DNA from: Candidatus Cloacimonadales bacterium
GTDB taxonomy: Bacteria; Cloacimonadota; Cloacimonadia; Cloacimonadales; JAFGVF01
Assembly: GCA_963662585.1 (NCBI GenBank)
Contig: OY759729.1
Location: forward strand, 64,001 to 128,000
DNA: 64,000 nt
Direction: 5' to 3'
Below, piece by piece: positions 24,857 through 35,739 of this stretch. Position numbers and translations under genes: made by a program. The notes under the pieces are model-generated. The model had not been told where the DNA came from. It was given only the letters and a program-made list of their open reading frames with translations, and made no database searches. Every line of letters starts with the position of its first letter. Position 1 is the first letter of the stretch.

Positions 24857-27493
24857 TTAATCTTTATTTTCGATCTTTTCTTGAATCTCTTGGAGTTTTT
24901 GCCAGGCCTCGAGAGGAGATAAGGTATTTAATTCTAGTACAGCTATCTCTTCAAGAATATCATCACTTTTTTTACTCTTATCATCTAGAAACTCGAAGAT
25001 GGTTATTTGGTCATCCATTGTTCCTAATTGTTTCTTTATTTTTCCTACTAAGCCCTGAGGAGAAAGCTCATGTTCTTCTAAGTTCTTTAGTATTTGTTTA
25101 GCTCTTTTAAGAACAGATTCAGGCATTCCTGCAAGTCTTGCTACCTGTATTCCATAACTTTGGTCAGCACCACCTCTTTCTATTTTCCTAAGAAATATTA
25201 GTTCATTCTTCCATGCTTTTACTACTATATTGTAGTTTTTTACAGAAGGAAGTACATTTTCTAATTCAGTAAGTTCATGATAATGAGTAGCAAAAAGCGT
25301 TTTAGCTCTTTTACTATTATGGATGTACTCCACAATAGACCAAGCTAAACTCAAACCATCAAAGGTAGAAGTACCTCGACCAATCTCATCTAATAAAATT
25401 AGTGAATTAGAAGTTGCAGAGTTCAGGATATTTGCTGTTTCAATCATCTCAACTAAGAAGGTAGATTGACCTTGAGCTAAGTTATCTGAAGCACCAACTC
25501 TGGTAAAAACTTTATCAAATATTGGTAAGATTGCTTTCTTGGCAGGGATAAAAGAACCGATTTGAGACATTACAGCTATTAATCCTATCTGTCTGAGATA
25601 TGTAGATTTACCAGCCATATTAGGACCTGTAATAATAGCAATTTTATTTTCATTACTATCTAGATTGACATCATTAGGAATATAATGTTCATCCTCTAGA
25701 AGTTGTTCTATTACTGGATGACGGCAATCAATAATCTGCATCTCACCATCTTCAGAGAAATCAGGTCTAATATATCTATTTTTATGAGCAGTAAAAGCAA
25801 AGGAGCATAAAACATCAAGCTGGGAAATTACATCAACAAACTGTTGAATAAGCTCGATATGATCCTGCATTTTACTTCTAATATCTAGATAAAGTTCATA
25901 TTCTAAAGATTTGATTCTCTCTTCTGCACCAAGAACTTTTGTCTCATATTCTTTTAATTTAGGAGAAATATATCTCTCACAGTTTACTAAAGTTTGCTTA
26001 CGAATATAATGTTCAGGAATCTTATCTTTATGGGCTTTTGTAACTTCTAAGTAGTAGCCAAACACACGGTTATAGCCAATTTTTAAAGAATTAATTCCAG
26101 TTTGCTCTCGCTCTGAATCTTCTAATTTAGCAATCCAAGCTTTTCCATCTCTGCTTAAGTCTCTAAGGTTATCTAATTCTTCATTGTAGCCATTGTTGAT
26201 AATATTCCCATCTTTGATAGTGATAGGAGGATTATCGATAATTGCTTCATCAAGAGTTTTAGTAATTTCTGAATAATCAACAATATTAGCAGCTATATTA
26301 GTCAAGAGCCTTGAATTAAAATTATTGACATATCCAGCGATTCTGGGTGAAAGACTTAAATAATTTCTTAAAGCTATTAATTCTCTGGGATTAACTTTAA
26401 GAGTTCCGACCTTAGATATAATTCTGCTAATATCACCGATTTCGTTTAGAATATCTCTTAGGGCATTATTATCTTCAATTTTATCTTTAAGTTGTTGAAC
26501 TGATTTTTGGCGTTCTATTATCTCATCTTTATTTAGGAGGGGATGAGTTAACCAGTTGTTTAACAGTCTAGTACCCATAGGAGTTAAAGTATTATCTAAA
26601 ATTGATATTAAAGAACCATATTTATTGCCATAGCGAATAGATTTGGTAAGTTCCAGATTTCTTCTACTAATATCATCTAGGAGCATATAATTTTCAATAG
26701 AATAATAAACCAAACGGTTAATATGCATTAAATCGCTATTCTTTAATTCTTGGAGATAAGCAATGGCTATTCCAGCTGCAATAGCTCCTATTTTCTTTCT
26801 GTTTGCCCCTAAACTTTCTAAAGATTTAGTATGAAAATGTTCTTTTAATTTAATTAGAGCTTCTCCAGCATCATTATGCCAAGAATCAAAAACAGTGATA
26901 GTAGTATCAAAGTCAGATAATAAATGATTGATTTCAGCTTCTATTTTATCATCTTTAACAATTATCTCAGCAGGTGCTAATCTTAGTAGTTCAGCTTTTA
27001 ATTGCGATTTATCTAATTCTGTGAAGACAAAATCACCTGTAGAAATATCAACAGAGGCTAAGCCAATATTGTCTTTTTTACCAAAGTAGATAGTCGTTAA
27101 ATAATTATTTTCAGGTTTATTGATAAAATTACTATCTAATAAAGAGCCAGGAGTAATTATATCTACGATATCTCTTTTAACAATACCTTTGGCTTCTTTA
27201 GGGTCTTCTACCTGCTCACAAATAGCAACTTTCTTACCTGCAGCAACTAATTTATTTAAATAAGTATCAAGGGCATGGTAAGGAAATCCTGCAAGAGCTA
27301 CAGGATCATCGTCACTTTTATTTCTAGCTGTAAGAGTAATACCTAATATTTTAGAAACTAGCTTGGCATCTTCAAAAAAGGTTTCGTAGAAATCCCCCAT
27401 TCTAAAGAGGAGTATCTTATCTGGATGTTGATCTTTAAAACTCCAATACTGCTCTAGCATAGGAGTAGATTTTTTATTTTTAACTTTATTCAT
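24857..27493 (-). CDS. mutS: DNA mismatch repair protein MutS
   Basis: TPMLEQY, FRMGDFYE, TGPNMAGKST, DEIGRGTST, ATHYHEL and SYGIQVA motifs. Confidence 0.98.
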   Translation of the reverse strand: MNKVKNKKSTPMLEQYWSFKDQHPDKILLFRMGDFYETFFEDAKLVSKILGITLTARNKSDDDPVALAGFPYHALDTYLNKLVAAGKKVAICEQVEDPKEAKGIVKRDIVDIITPGSLLDSNFINKPENNYLTTIYFGKKDNIGLASVDISTGDFVFTELDKSQLKAELLRLAPAEIIVKDDKIEAEINHLLSDFDTTITVFDSWHNDAGEALIKLKEHFHTKSLESLGANRKKIGAIAAGIAIAYLQELKNSDLMHINRLVYYSIENYMLLDDISRRNLELTKSIRYGNKYGSLISILDNTLTPMGTRLLNNWLTHPLLNKDEIIERQKSVQQLKDKIEDNNALRDILNEIGDISRIISKVGTLKVNPRELIALRNYLSLSPRIAGYVNNFNSRLLTNIAANIVDYSEITKTLDEAIIDNPPITIKDGNIINNGYNEELDNLRDLSRDGKAWIAKLEDSEREQTGINSLKIGYNRVFGYYLEVTKAHKDKIPEHYIRKQTLVNCERYISPKLKEYETKVLGAEERIKSLEYELYLDIRSKMQDHIELIQQFVDVISQLDVLCSFAFTAHKNRYIRPDFSEDGEMQIIDCRHPVIEQLLEDEHYIPNDVNLDSNENKIAIITGPNMAGKSTYLRQIGLIAVMSQIGSFIPAKKAILPIFDKVFTRVGASDNLAQGQSTFLVEMIETANILNSATSNSLILLDEIGRGTSTFDGLSLAWSIVEYIHNSKRAKTLFATHYHELTELENVLPSVKNYNIVVKAWKNELIFLRKIERGGADQSYGIQVARLAGMPESVLKRAKQILKNLEEHELSPQGLVGKIKKQLGTMDDQITIFEFLDDKSKKSDDILEEIAVLELNTLSPLEAWQKLQEIQEKIENKD

Positions 27494-28913
27494 TTGCTAC
27501 TAAGAAACAATCTACGCTTTTAGATTTAAAATAAGCAATATCTTTTTTAGCTTGAGCAGCAGTATCATAAGGCTGACTCCAAATCACATAGCTAATTTGA
27601 TCATTTTTAACATCTCTGATGATATTCCAAGTGTGAAGTAAATAGAATAGTTCTTTGGTTCTATTCACGGCAAATTCTTTCCTGGAGAATCTTCCAATCT
27701 GAATAAAATACTTACCAACAGGTTTATTCATTAAATAAACATAACCTTCTGTTTCAATATTTTTGGGTCGAGGAAGAAAAATTCCTTCATCAATCTGATT
27801 TTCTTGGTTTGGATTAACTTTTTCAATAGCTCTATTCTCTTCTTGTTTTTCAGAGATTGGATTCTGATTTAGTCTAGCTTCTTCTTCTTTAACAGGAATC
27901 TCAGCTACTTCTTTATCACTTGTGAGAGTATTTTTAGCAACTTCTGCTCCCGGGATTTCTTCATCAGCATTACCTTGTGGACCAAGCGGTAACTTTTCAT
28001 CAGGTATTAGATTATTATGATTACTACTTTGATTATTGAAAAATTTGCTTAAAATAGTGGTTGTATCTGTTCTTACTAATTCAGTAACATTGAATTCTTT
28101 AGGCTCTGTTTTATAAGCAAGAGGTTTTTTGTTTAACTCTGAATTATAATTCTTAGTGTATAAAAATGAAATATCAATGTTCTGGGCAATGCTTTTTTTC
28201 ATTTCAAAGAGCCGCTCTTCAGTCATTGCTGCATACTGTCCATAGGGATTTATCTCAAAAGATTTCTTATAATTAGCTACTGCAAGATTGATATTATCAA
28301 TTCTTTCATAACTATAGCCAATTCTATAATAAAGGAAATCTTTGTTTATACCCTCAGGTTTATTTCTAAGCAGTTCTTCAGCTAAAACTACAGCTTTCTG
28401 GAAATTATTTTCGCTTATACTATTTTCTATCAGCATATAATAGCTTAGCTCATACTTATGATCTATTTTAGAACAATTCTCTAAAAACATATTAGCATAC
28501 TTAGAGCTTTGCTTATGTTCTTGCTTCATAAAGTAAAGACGAGATAACCAATAATTATATTCATTGAAGTTATTAGTATTTTCTATTTTAGCGAAATAAA
28601 ACTCAGCTTGAGAATATTTCCTTTGAAAGAAATTGATAACTCCTAATTTGAAATTAACTTGATCTTTATATTCTATTTCCGGAAAGCCTTCAATCAACTC
28701 TTGTAAGGTTTGATCAAAGTTCTTACTGGTTACCAAAGATTCATAAAAGGCTGCTCTGGGCAACTCAGTTTCATCAAAGTAAGGTTTTGAATATATCTCT
28801 TCTCTAAGTTCTGTAATATCACCATTATCGTACAAGGCTTGATATTCGATAGCTAATAAATTTGTTATTATTAGCACCATAAATACTATAGTTAAGCTTA
28901 ATAATTTTCTCAT
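27486..28913 (-). CDS. secreted TPR protein with C-terminal SPOR-like domain
   Basis: Signal peptide, TPR-like helices, acidic linker and YFIQIGRFS SPOR-like start. Confidence 0.7.
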   Translation of the reverse strand: MRKLLSLTIVFMVLIITNLLAIEYQALYDNGDITELREEIYSKPYFDETELPRAAFYESLVTSKNFDQTLQELIEGFPEIEYKDQVNFKLGVINFFQRKYSQAEFYFAKIENTNNFNEYNYWLSRLYFMKQEHKQSSKYANMFLENCSKIDHKYELSYYMLIENSISENNFQKAVVLAEELLRNKPEGINKDFLYYRIGYSYERIDNINLAVANYKKSFEINPYGQYAAMTEERLFEMKKSIAQNIDISFLYTKNYNSELNKKPLAYKTEPKEFNVTELVRTDTTTILSKFFNNQSSNHNNLIPDEKLPLGPQGNADEEIPGAEVAKNTLTSDKEVAEIPVKEEEARLNQNPISEKQEENRAIEKVNPNQENQIDEGIFLPRPKNIETEGYVYLMNKPVGKYFIQIGRFSRKEFAVNRTKELFYLLHTWNIIRDVKNDQISYVIWSQPYDTAAQAKKDIAYFKSKSVDCFLVANE

Positions 28914-30103
28914 ACCCTCTTCCTTACTAATCCATATTCAGGAATTTCTCCCTGTAGTTCAATATAAGCATTAGTATTAGGTTTTGTAAAGGAAATTCTT
29001 TCTTTATCCTCACTATATAAATTATTCACTGTTAAGATAACATCATCTTCAATATTTGGGAATATAATTTCAATCTCATCGCCAACTTCAAACTTATTTA
29101 GAATCTGAATTTTAACTAAATCCCCATCTTTTCCCAGGACTTTTCCAATGTACTTATAATCTCTAATATAGGCGGAGTTATCATAAAATTGAGTATTTTG
29201 ATCATTAAAGCCAGCATAGAAAGCTTCAGTGTAAACTCTATGGGAAACACTGTTAAGTTCTTGTAAAAATCTTTCTGGAATATCTTTACCTGACTTAATT
29301 CTATCAAGAACATTGCGATAAACTCGAGTCACATTACTTACATAATGCACACTCTTCATTCTACCCTCAATTTTTATACTAGCCACACCTGCTTTATAAA
29401 TATCTTCTAATCTGTTAATTAAATTGAGGTCCTTGGAATTCATAATATAAGTTCCAAATTCATCTTCCGTAATTGGGAAGAATTCATTGGGTCTTGTTTC
29501 TTCCATAAGAGAATACTTCCACCTACATGGCTGAGTGCATTCTCCTAGATTAGCACTTCTATTATTAAAGAAAGCAGAAAGCAGGCATCTGCCTGAATAT
29601 GCAATACACATAGCACCATGAACAAACATCTCTAATTCTACTTGAGGAGCTTTTTCTGCAATCTCTGTGATTTCAGCAAAGGTTAACTCTCGAGCTAAAA
29701 TAACTCTCTCAGCACCAAGTTTATGCCAAAATTCAGCTGCTTTCCAAGAAACAATGTTAGCTTGCGTGCTGACATGTATAGCCAGATTAGTATTTTCTTT
29801 AACAAGTTGAAATACTCCTGGATCTGAAACAATAACAGCATCAATTCCTGTTCTTTCCAGATCTTTAAGGTAGTCAGGTAAGTCAACTAAATGCCTGTTA
29901 TGAGCAAATATATTAACAGTTACATAGATTTTCTTATTATGTCTATGACAGAATTCACTAGCTTCCTTAAGTTCTTCTAAAGTTAAATTACCAGCCTTTG
30001 CTCTTAAACCATACCTGGAAGTGGCAGTATAAACAGCATCAGCACCATATAAAATGGCATATTTTAATTTTTCAATATTTCCAGCAGGAGCTAATATTTC
30101 CAT
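28910..30103 (-). CDS. peptidase U32 family protein (TrhP/YegQ-like tRNA hydroxylation)
   Basis: EILAPAG, GADAVY, HGAMCIAYSGRC, CTQPCR and KIEGRMKS motifs. Confidence 0.9.
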   Translation of the reverse strand: MEILAPAGNIEKLKYAILYGADAVYTATSRYGLRAKAGNLTLEELKEASEFCHRHNKKIYVTVNIFAHNRHLVDLPDYLKDLERTGIDAVIVSDPGVFQLVKENTNLAIHVSTQANIVSWKAAEFWHKLGAERVILARELTFAEITEIAEKAPQVELEMFVHGAMCIAYSGRCLLSAFFNNRSANLGECTQPCRWKYSLMEETRPNEFFPITEDEFGTYIMNSKDLNLINRLEDIYKAGVASIKIEGRMKSVHYVSNVTRVYRNVLDRIKSGKDIPERFLQELNSVSHRVYTEAFYAGFNDQNTQFYDNSAYIRDYKYIGKVLGKDGDLVKIQILNKFEVGDEIEIIFPNIEDDVILTVNNLYSEDKERISFTKPNTNAYIELQGEIPEYGLVRKRV

Positions 30104-31363
30104 CTAATTACTCATTGATTTTAAGAAGTCATCATTACTTTTAGTGGTTAACATTCTCTTACGAAGAGTCTCAATACCTTGAGCAGGACTCATAGTCTTT
30201 AAGAAGTTTCTTAAAATAAACATTCTATTTCTTTCAACTTCAGTAAGAAGTAACTCTTCTCTTCTTGTACCTGATTTAACTAAATCTATAGCTGGATATA
30301 ATCTCATATCACTAATAGATCTATCTAAGACAAGCTCCATATTACCTGTACCTTTAAATTCTTCAAAGATAACTTGGTCCATTCTAGAACCTGTATCAAC
30401 TAGAGCTGTAGAGATGATTGTTAAACTACCTGATTCAACTGTGTCACGAGCTGCACCAAAGAATTTCTTAGGTTTGGTAAGACCATTAGCATCAATACCA
30501 CCACTTAAAACTTTACCAGATGAAGGCTGTACATTGTTATAAGCACGAGCTAGACGAGTTATTGAGTCTAAAACAATAATCACATCCTTACCTAATTCAC
30601 ATAGTCTTTTAGCTTTATTAAGTACCATTTCGGCGACTGCGATATGATTTCGAGGTGATTCATCAAAAGTAGAAGAAACAACTTCCTGATTTCCCTCTTT
30701 TAGAATCTTTTTCATATCAGTAACTTCTTCAGGTCTTTCATCAATAAGCAGAACAAGAAGATAAGCGTCGGCATGATTAGTTAAGATGGCATTTGCAATA
30801 TTTTGAAGAAGAACTGTTTTACCTGTTCTTGGTGAAGCAACTATTAGTCCCCTCTGCCCCATGCCGATAGGAGTAAATAGATCAATAATTCTAGTAGAAA
30901 TAATATCTTTTTCAGTTTCCAAGATTATCTTTTTAGTAGGATAGTAAGGAGTTAAGTTATCAAAATGTTTTGATTCAAAAGCTTTTTGAGGAGATTCATC
31001 ATTCACAGCATCTACTCGGAGTAAAGCGTAATACTTCTCTCCTTCTTTAGGAGAACGAACAGGACCAGATATCATGTGGCCAGGTTTTAAATTGAATCTT
31101 TTAATCTGAGTAAGAGAAACATAAACATCATCTCTTCCAGGTAGGTAATTATTATGTTTGAATCTTAAGAATCCATAACCATCAGGCATTAATTCAAGAC
31201 ATCCTGTAATGAAGGCTAAACCTTCCTGAGATGCATTAAATGTTAAGATGGCGTAGATTAATTCTAATTTTTTCATTGAGCTATAACCTGTAATTCCGAG
31301 TTCTTTAGCAATTGCATGAAGTTCCGGTACTGTTAGGTCAAAGATATTTTCATAAGTGATCAT
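30104..31363 (-). CDS. rho: transcription termination factor Rho
   Basis: DGYGFLR, PIGMGQRG, LIDERPEEVTD, DSITRLARAYN and FEEFKGTGN motifs. Confidence 0.98.
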   Translation of the reverse strand: MITYENIFDLTVPELHAIAKELGITGYSSMKKLELIYAILTFNASQEGLAFITGCLELMPDGYGFLRFKHNNYLPGRDDVYVSLTQIKRFNLKPGHMISGPVRSPKEGEKYYALLRVDAVNDESPQKAFESKHFDNLTPYYPTKKIILETEKDIISTRIIDLFTPIGMGQRGLIVASPRTGKTVLLQNIANAILTNHADAYLLVLLIDERPEEVTDMKKILKEGNQEVVSSTFDESPRNHIAVAEMVLNKAKRLCELGKDVIIVLDSITRLARAYNNVQPSSGKVLSGGIDANGLTKPKKFFGAARDTVESGSLTIISTALVDTGSRMDQVIFEEFKGTGNMELVLDRSISDMRLYPAIDLVKSGTRREELLLTEVERNRMFILRNFLKTMSPAQGIETLRKRMLTTKSNDDFLKSMSN

Positions 31364-31420
31364 GGAAACTCCTAAGTGGATATTTTGGTTGTTAAATTTT
31401 TGATTGATTTCGAAAAAAGG

Positions 31421-31496
<76 letters not shown>

Positions 31497-31794
31497 ACAA
31501 CTATTATGCTTAAAAAAATCAATACCCAAATTGTGTCAACCAATTTTCTGTTTTTTTTACTTATTTATTAAAATTTATTAGTTTTATCAGATTATATGAA
31601 TTACTAAATTCATAACTTTTGTAAGGACATTATACTGATTTTAAATATTTTAGAGAATTTTACCTTATTTACATTATAATTTATTCATAAAAGTCAATCT
31701 GTCAATAAACTTTTCTATATATTAGCTAATATTTTATAGAATCAACTTTTAATTAGTGAATAAATTAATAGTTTTTTTTGCAATTATCTTTAGC

Positions 31795-31980
31795 TTATCC
31801 CTTGTCCCTCTTAGGGAGCAAAGGAAGAGAATAGAAGAAAACACTCTGTCTTCAAAGATGCAAGCAAGGCGCGTGCTTTCAACACTAAATCAGGGTGTTT
31901 AAGTGGTCTAGATCTAGATATTTTAAGTCCCATCAAAAGAAGATGGATGTCTACGAAGCAGGCTTGGTGTTGAAGAACTC
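31795..31980. ncRNA. candidate structured RNA/element, family unknown
   Basis: GC-richer island in an AT-rich spacer with nested inverted repeats (TTCAACACTAA/TTGGTGTTGAA, TAGATAT/ATGTCTA, CCATC/GATGG). Confidence 0.3.
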
Positions 31981-32059
31981 TTTAAACTCTTAGAGATTCA
32001 AAAAGGCTAAGTTAATAAGCCCCTAAATTAGTGTTAAATCAGGCAAAAGGTCTTAATTA

Positions 32060-33304
32060 TCATTTCGCTTCCCCTTCTTTCCAGTCAATAGCAACCATCT
32101 GACCTCTCTGCTCATTAACTCTCTGCAAGAATAATAATCCTAATACAAAGAAAGGAATAACTGTCAGAATAGAATATTTGATATTTCCAGTCCACTTACT
32201 TACTAAACCAAAGAGAATAGGTCCTATTACTGCAGACATTCTACCAGTAACAGTATAAAATCCAAAGAATTCAGCATTTTTACTTTTAGGTGTTAAGGAG
32301 GCAAGCATAGCACGACTATTAGCTTGGGTAGAACCGATTGCAAAACCTGCAAGGAGAATTACAAAATAGTAGTCTTTTTTAGCTGGAGATAAAAAAGCCC
32401 AAACAATTACTGACAGCCAGATAAATAAGCATATAGTAAGAGTTTTTTTGTGTCCGATTTTATCTGCAATATAACCAAAAATAAAGGCACCTAATATTGA
32501 AGTAAACTGAGCAAAAATAAAAACTTTTATTGATTCAGCTGAGGTCATACCATATCTTTCCTGTCCATAAATCATAGTAAATCCAATAGCTGTTGAGATT
32601 GCATCATTATAGAAAAAGAAACTTATTAGAAATGCCCCTAGATCTCTGAAAGAGCGGATAGAGCGAAAAGAATCACTGATTCTGTTATAGGCAATTCTAA
32701 AATAATTAGAGCGTTTCGAAGTTCTCTTAAATTCTTTAAGCAAGACAAAAGTAATTATAGCAAAAAATCCATAATAGATACCAACCATAGGGAATACCAG
32801 AGCAATTTTATCAAGATTCACTAACCACAAGGCTAAAACAAGTGAAAAAAGTCCTCCCAGATATCCAAAGGCCCAGCCAAAACCGGATATTCTCCCGAGT
32901 TGTTGAGGACTTGCAATTTCAGGTAAAAATGAGTCATAAAAGACAATCGCTGAGTGAAACCCAAAATTGGCTAAAATAAAGTATAGCATTCCTGTGAAGA
33001 TAGAACCTGGTCCAACAAAACCTAGAAGAATAGTAAAGATTACTGAAAGATAAGTACTATAGAAAAGAAACTTTTTCTTGGCACGAGAATAATCTGCTAC
33101 AGCTCCAAAAACAGGAGCAGTTAAAGCTACTAAAAACATTGAAATAGCGATAGCTAAACCCCAAAGAAAAGAACCATCCCCTCTATCACCAACGACAACT
33201 GTTTTAAAATACACACTATAAACAACAGTTACAATAATAGTCGTAAATGATGAGTTAGCGAAATCATAAGCCATCCAACCAAAAATATTCTTATTCAATT
33301 TCAT
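32060..33304 (-). CDS. MFS transporter (UMF1/Atg22-like)
   Basis: WMAYDFANS, GAVADY, SGFGWAFGYLGG and AEFFGFY motifs; about 12 hydrophobic segments. Confidence 0.88.
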   Translation of the reverse strand: MKLNKNIFGWMAYDFANSSFTTIIVTVVYSVYFKTVVVGDRGDGSFLWGLAIAISMFLVALTAPVFGAVADYSRAKKKFLFYSTYLSVIFTILLGFVGPGSIFTGMLYFILANFGFHSAIVFYDSFLPEIASPQQLGRISGFGWAFGYLGGLFSLVLALWLVNLDKIALVFPMVGIYYGFFAIITFVLLKEFKRTSKRSNYFRIAYNRISDSFRSIRSFRDLGAFLISFFFYNDAISTAIGFTMIYGQERYGMTSAESIKVFIFAQFTSILGAFIFGYIADKIGHKKTLTICLFIWLSVIVWAFLSPAKKDYYFVILLAGFAIGSTQANSRAMLASLTPKSKNAEFFGFYTVTGRMSAVIGPILFGLVSKWTGNIKYSILTVIPFFVLGLLFLQRVNEQRGQMVAIDWKEGEAK

Positions 33305-34367
33305 TAAGTAGGCCTTTATTTAACTCAATAACAGGAAAGTTAAATTCATTATAGTTATCAATATTAGGTGATGCAATCAAAATTTGATGCTCATCTGTAA
33401 GAAGTTTTAAGATTTTTTCTACTCTATTCTTATCAAGTTCAGAAAGAGCATCATCAAAAATTATAATTGGTAGGGTTTTAAGACTTTCTCTAATCATTCC
33501 AATTTGGGCAAATCTTAGAGCAATGACCAGTGATCTTCGCTGACCTTGAGAAGAATATCTCTTTACTGAATATCCGTTAATATTAAAATCATATTCATCT
33601 AAATGGGGACCGATTAAAGTCCGTTTATATTCAAATTCACTTGGCTCAACTTTTGCTAAGTAGTTCTCAAGCCATTCTTTTTCATATTCAACATGATTAT
33701 TAGCTTCATAGTTGATTTCTAAAGATTCAAAGGAGTCGGTGATATCATTGAGAATAGCTTCTGCAATTTTAATAAAACGAGCTAAGTACTTCTTTCGATA
33801 CTCTACTAATTCAATAGCTTTAGAGATGAATTGTTGATTCCACTGCTTTAGTTGAGACTTAAACTTTTCGTCCTTTAGAATTGAATTTCTTTGTTCTAAA
33901 ACACGGTAATACTCTCTAAGTACTTCGCTATAGAGGACAGATGATTGAGTAATTGCTTGGTCAAAAAAACTTCTTCTCTTCTGTCTGTTCCCATTCACAA
34001 GCCAGATGTCGTCAGCAGAAAAATAGACAATTTTCAAGTAGTTATATAATTCACTAATTCTATTAATTGGCGTATTATTTAGTTTAATTACTTTTTTGTT
34101 TTTGGAACAAAGGATCTGAAAATTAAAGATTTTATTATCATCTTCATAGATACTAGTAATTGCAAATTCAGAAGAGTCAAAATTTATTAAATCAACATCA
34201 GCAAATTGTCTTACTGATTTTCCAAAGGCAGGATAGCAGATAGCTTCAAGAAGATTAGTCTTACCAACGCCATTTTTGCCGGTGATAAGACTCCCTTCTT
34301 TTTCAAATTTAAATTTCTGCTTTGAATAGTTCCTAAAATTATAAAGAGATATTTCTTTAATATTCAC
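33291..34367 (-). CDS. recF: DNA replication/repair protein RecF
   Basis: NFRNY, GKNGVGKTNLLEAI, GPHLD, SQGQRR and DDALSELD motifs. Confidence 0.95.
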   Translation of the reverse strand: MNIKEISLYNFRNYSKQKFKFEKEGSLITGKNGVGKTNLLEAICYPAFGKSVRQFADVDLINFDSSEFAITSIYEDDNKIFNFQILCSKNKKVIKLNNTPINRISELYNYLKIVYFSADDIWLVNGNRQKRRSFFDQAITQSSVLYSEVLREYYRVLEQRNSILKDEKFKSQLKQWNQQFISKAIELVEYRKKYLARFIKIAEAILNDITDSFESLEINYEANNHVEYEKEWLENYLAKVEPSEFEYKRTLIGPHLDEYDFNINGYSVKRYSSQGQRRSLVIALRFAQIGMIRESLKTLPIIIFDDALSELDKNRVEKILKLLTDEHQILIASPNIDNYNEFNFPVIELNKGLLNEIE

Positions 34368-34370
34368 TTA

Positions 34371-35516
34371 TTATCTAGCAACTCTCAATGGCATTAATAG
34401 GTATCTAAGTAAAGTTCCTTCAGGGTCTTTTTCATTATAGAAAAGGGCAGGATTTTTTGCTTCACCCATACAGATTTTTACATTATCTGTATCAATACAG
34501 TCTATGATTACACTTAAGAACTTAAAGTTAAAGGCAATACTTACATCTTCCCCATTATACTTAATGTCATTAATAAACTCTTTAGCTCCACCTTTTTCAT
34601 CATTGCTAGTTGCTAACTCTAAAGTGTTGCCTTTGATATTAAACATAATCTTAAAACTATCCACAGGAGCAACTAAAGAAATTCTCTTAACAGCTGTCTT
34701 CAATTGTTGTTTGTCAAGTAACAACTCATGTGGTAAGGATTCAGGGAATACTTTTGTGTAGTCAGGGAATTTTGTAGTCATAAGGTGTGAGAAAACAATA
34801 AAGTTTCTGTATTTAAAGACAACTTTATTTTTACCGATATCAGCTTGAAGAATATCAGATTCATCAGAAATGATTTTTTGAAGGAAACTAATTCCGCCAG
34901 TAGGAAGAACAATTTTCATCATATCTTCATCTGGCTCGATAGTATTGACAAAATCTTTAGTTTCTGAATCAATAGCAATATGAGCAATTTTCTTACTATC
35001 AGTAGCAACCATAGCTTGTTTCTCAGCTGAAATTTCCCAGAGAATACCAGAGAAGATAGAGTTTGTTTGATCTTTCTGAACAGCAACTATAGTTTTATTA
35101 ATCATCTTATCAAATTCAGAGGCCTTAAACTGAATAGAATTTTCGAAAGTTGCATCTGGAATTAATGGGAAATTAGAATAGTCTGACAAATTCAAATTAA
35201 AGTCAATATTTTCACAATGTATTTTTAATAATTCATCATCTTTAGTAAAAGATATCTGAGAGTCTGGCAAAGCTGAAATTATTTCATTAAAATCTTTTGC
35301 AGTTACTGCAATTGTACCAGATTCCATAACTGTAGCATTAAAAGTTACGATAACAGTTATTTTTAAGTCGGTAGTTGTTATTTTAATCAAATTATCAATT
35401 TCTATTGCTTCTATTAAATAATTAGTTAATATTGGCATTGTGTTTTTGCTTGGTACAACATTAGATAGATGTTGAATGTTGTGTAATAAATCTCCCTTAT
35501 CAATAAAAAACTTCAT
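34371..35516 (-). CDS. dnaN: DNA polymerase III beta sliding clamp
   Basis: PILTN, MVATD, FPDY, AFN and LLMPLR motifs; adjacent to recF. Confidence 0.95.
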   Translation of the reverse strand: MKFFIDKGDLLHNIQHLSNVVPSKNTMPILTNYLIEAIEIDNLIKITTTDLKITVIVTFNATVMESGTIAVTAKDFNEIISALPDSQISFTKDDELLKIHCENIDFNLNLSDYSNFPLIPDATFENSIQFKASEFDKMINKTIVAVQKDQTNSIFSGILWEISAEKQAMVATDSKKIAHIAIDSETKDFVNTIEPDEDMMKIVLPTGGISFLQKIISDESDILQADIGKNKVVFKYRNFIVFSHLMTTKFPDYTKVFPESLPHELLLDKQQLKTAVKRISLVAPVDSFKIMFNIKGNTLELATSNDEKGGAKEFINDIKYNGEDVSIAFNFKFLSVIIDCIDTDNVKICMGEAKNPALFYNEKDPEGTLLRYLLMPLRVAR

Positions 35517-35684
35517 CTTTACCCCTTAATTCACATTAATTTTTTCTTATTATTTTAATCTCAATTTGTTCTTACTAAAATTATCGTCAAGGAAAATATC
35601 GGATAATTTTTAAACTGATCACTTAACCTAAAATCTAAAGAGTTAGGAAATGCACTTTTAGGTTAATAATAATATTCGCAGAAT

Positions 35685-35719
35685 AAAAAACACAGATAAA
35701 AGTGTATCTTACCTGTGTT
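35685..35719 (-). terminator. intrinsic terminator
   Basis: Minus-strand stem AACACAGGTAA/TTATCTGTGTT followed by a T run. Confidence 0.65.
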
Positions 35720-35739
35720 CCACTTTAAAATTATATTAT

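Noticed and set aside
31500..31790. oriC (AT-rich region near dnaN/recF)
   Set aside because: No DnaA-box cluster was seen and dnaA is not in the window.
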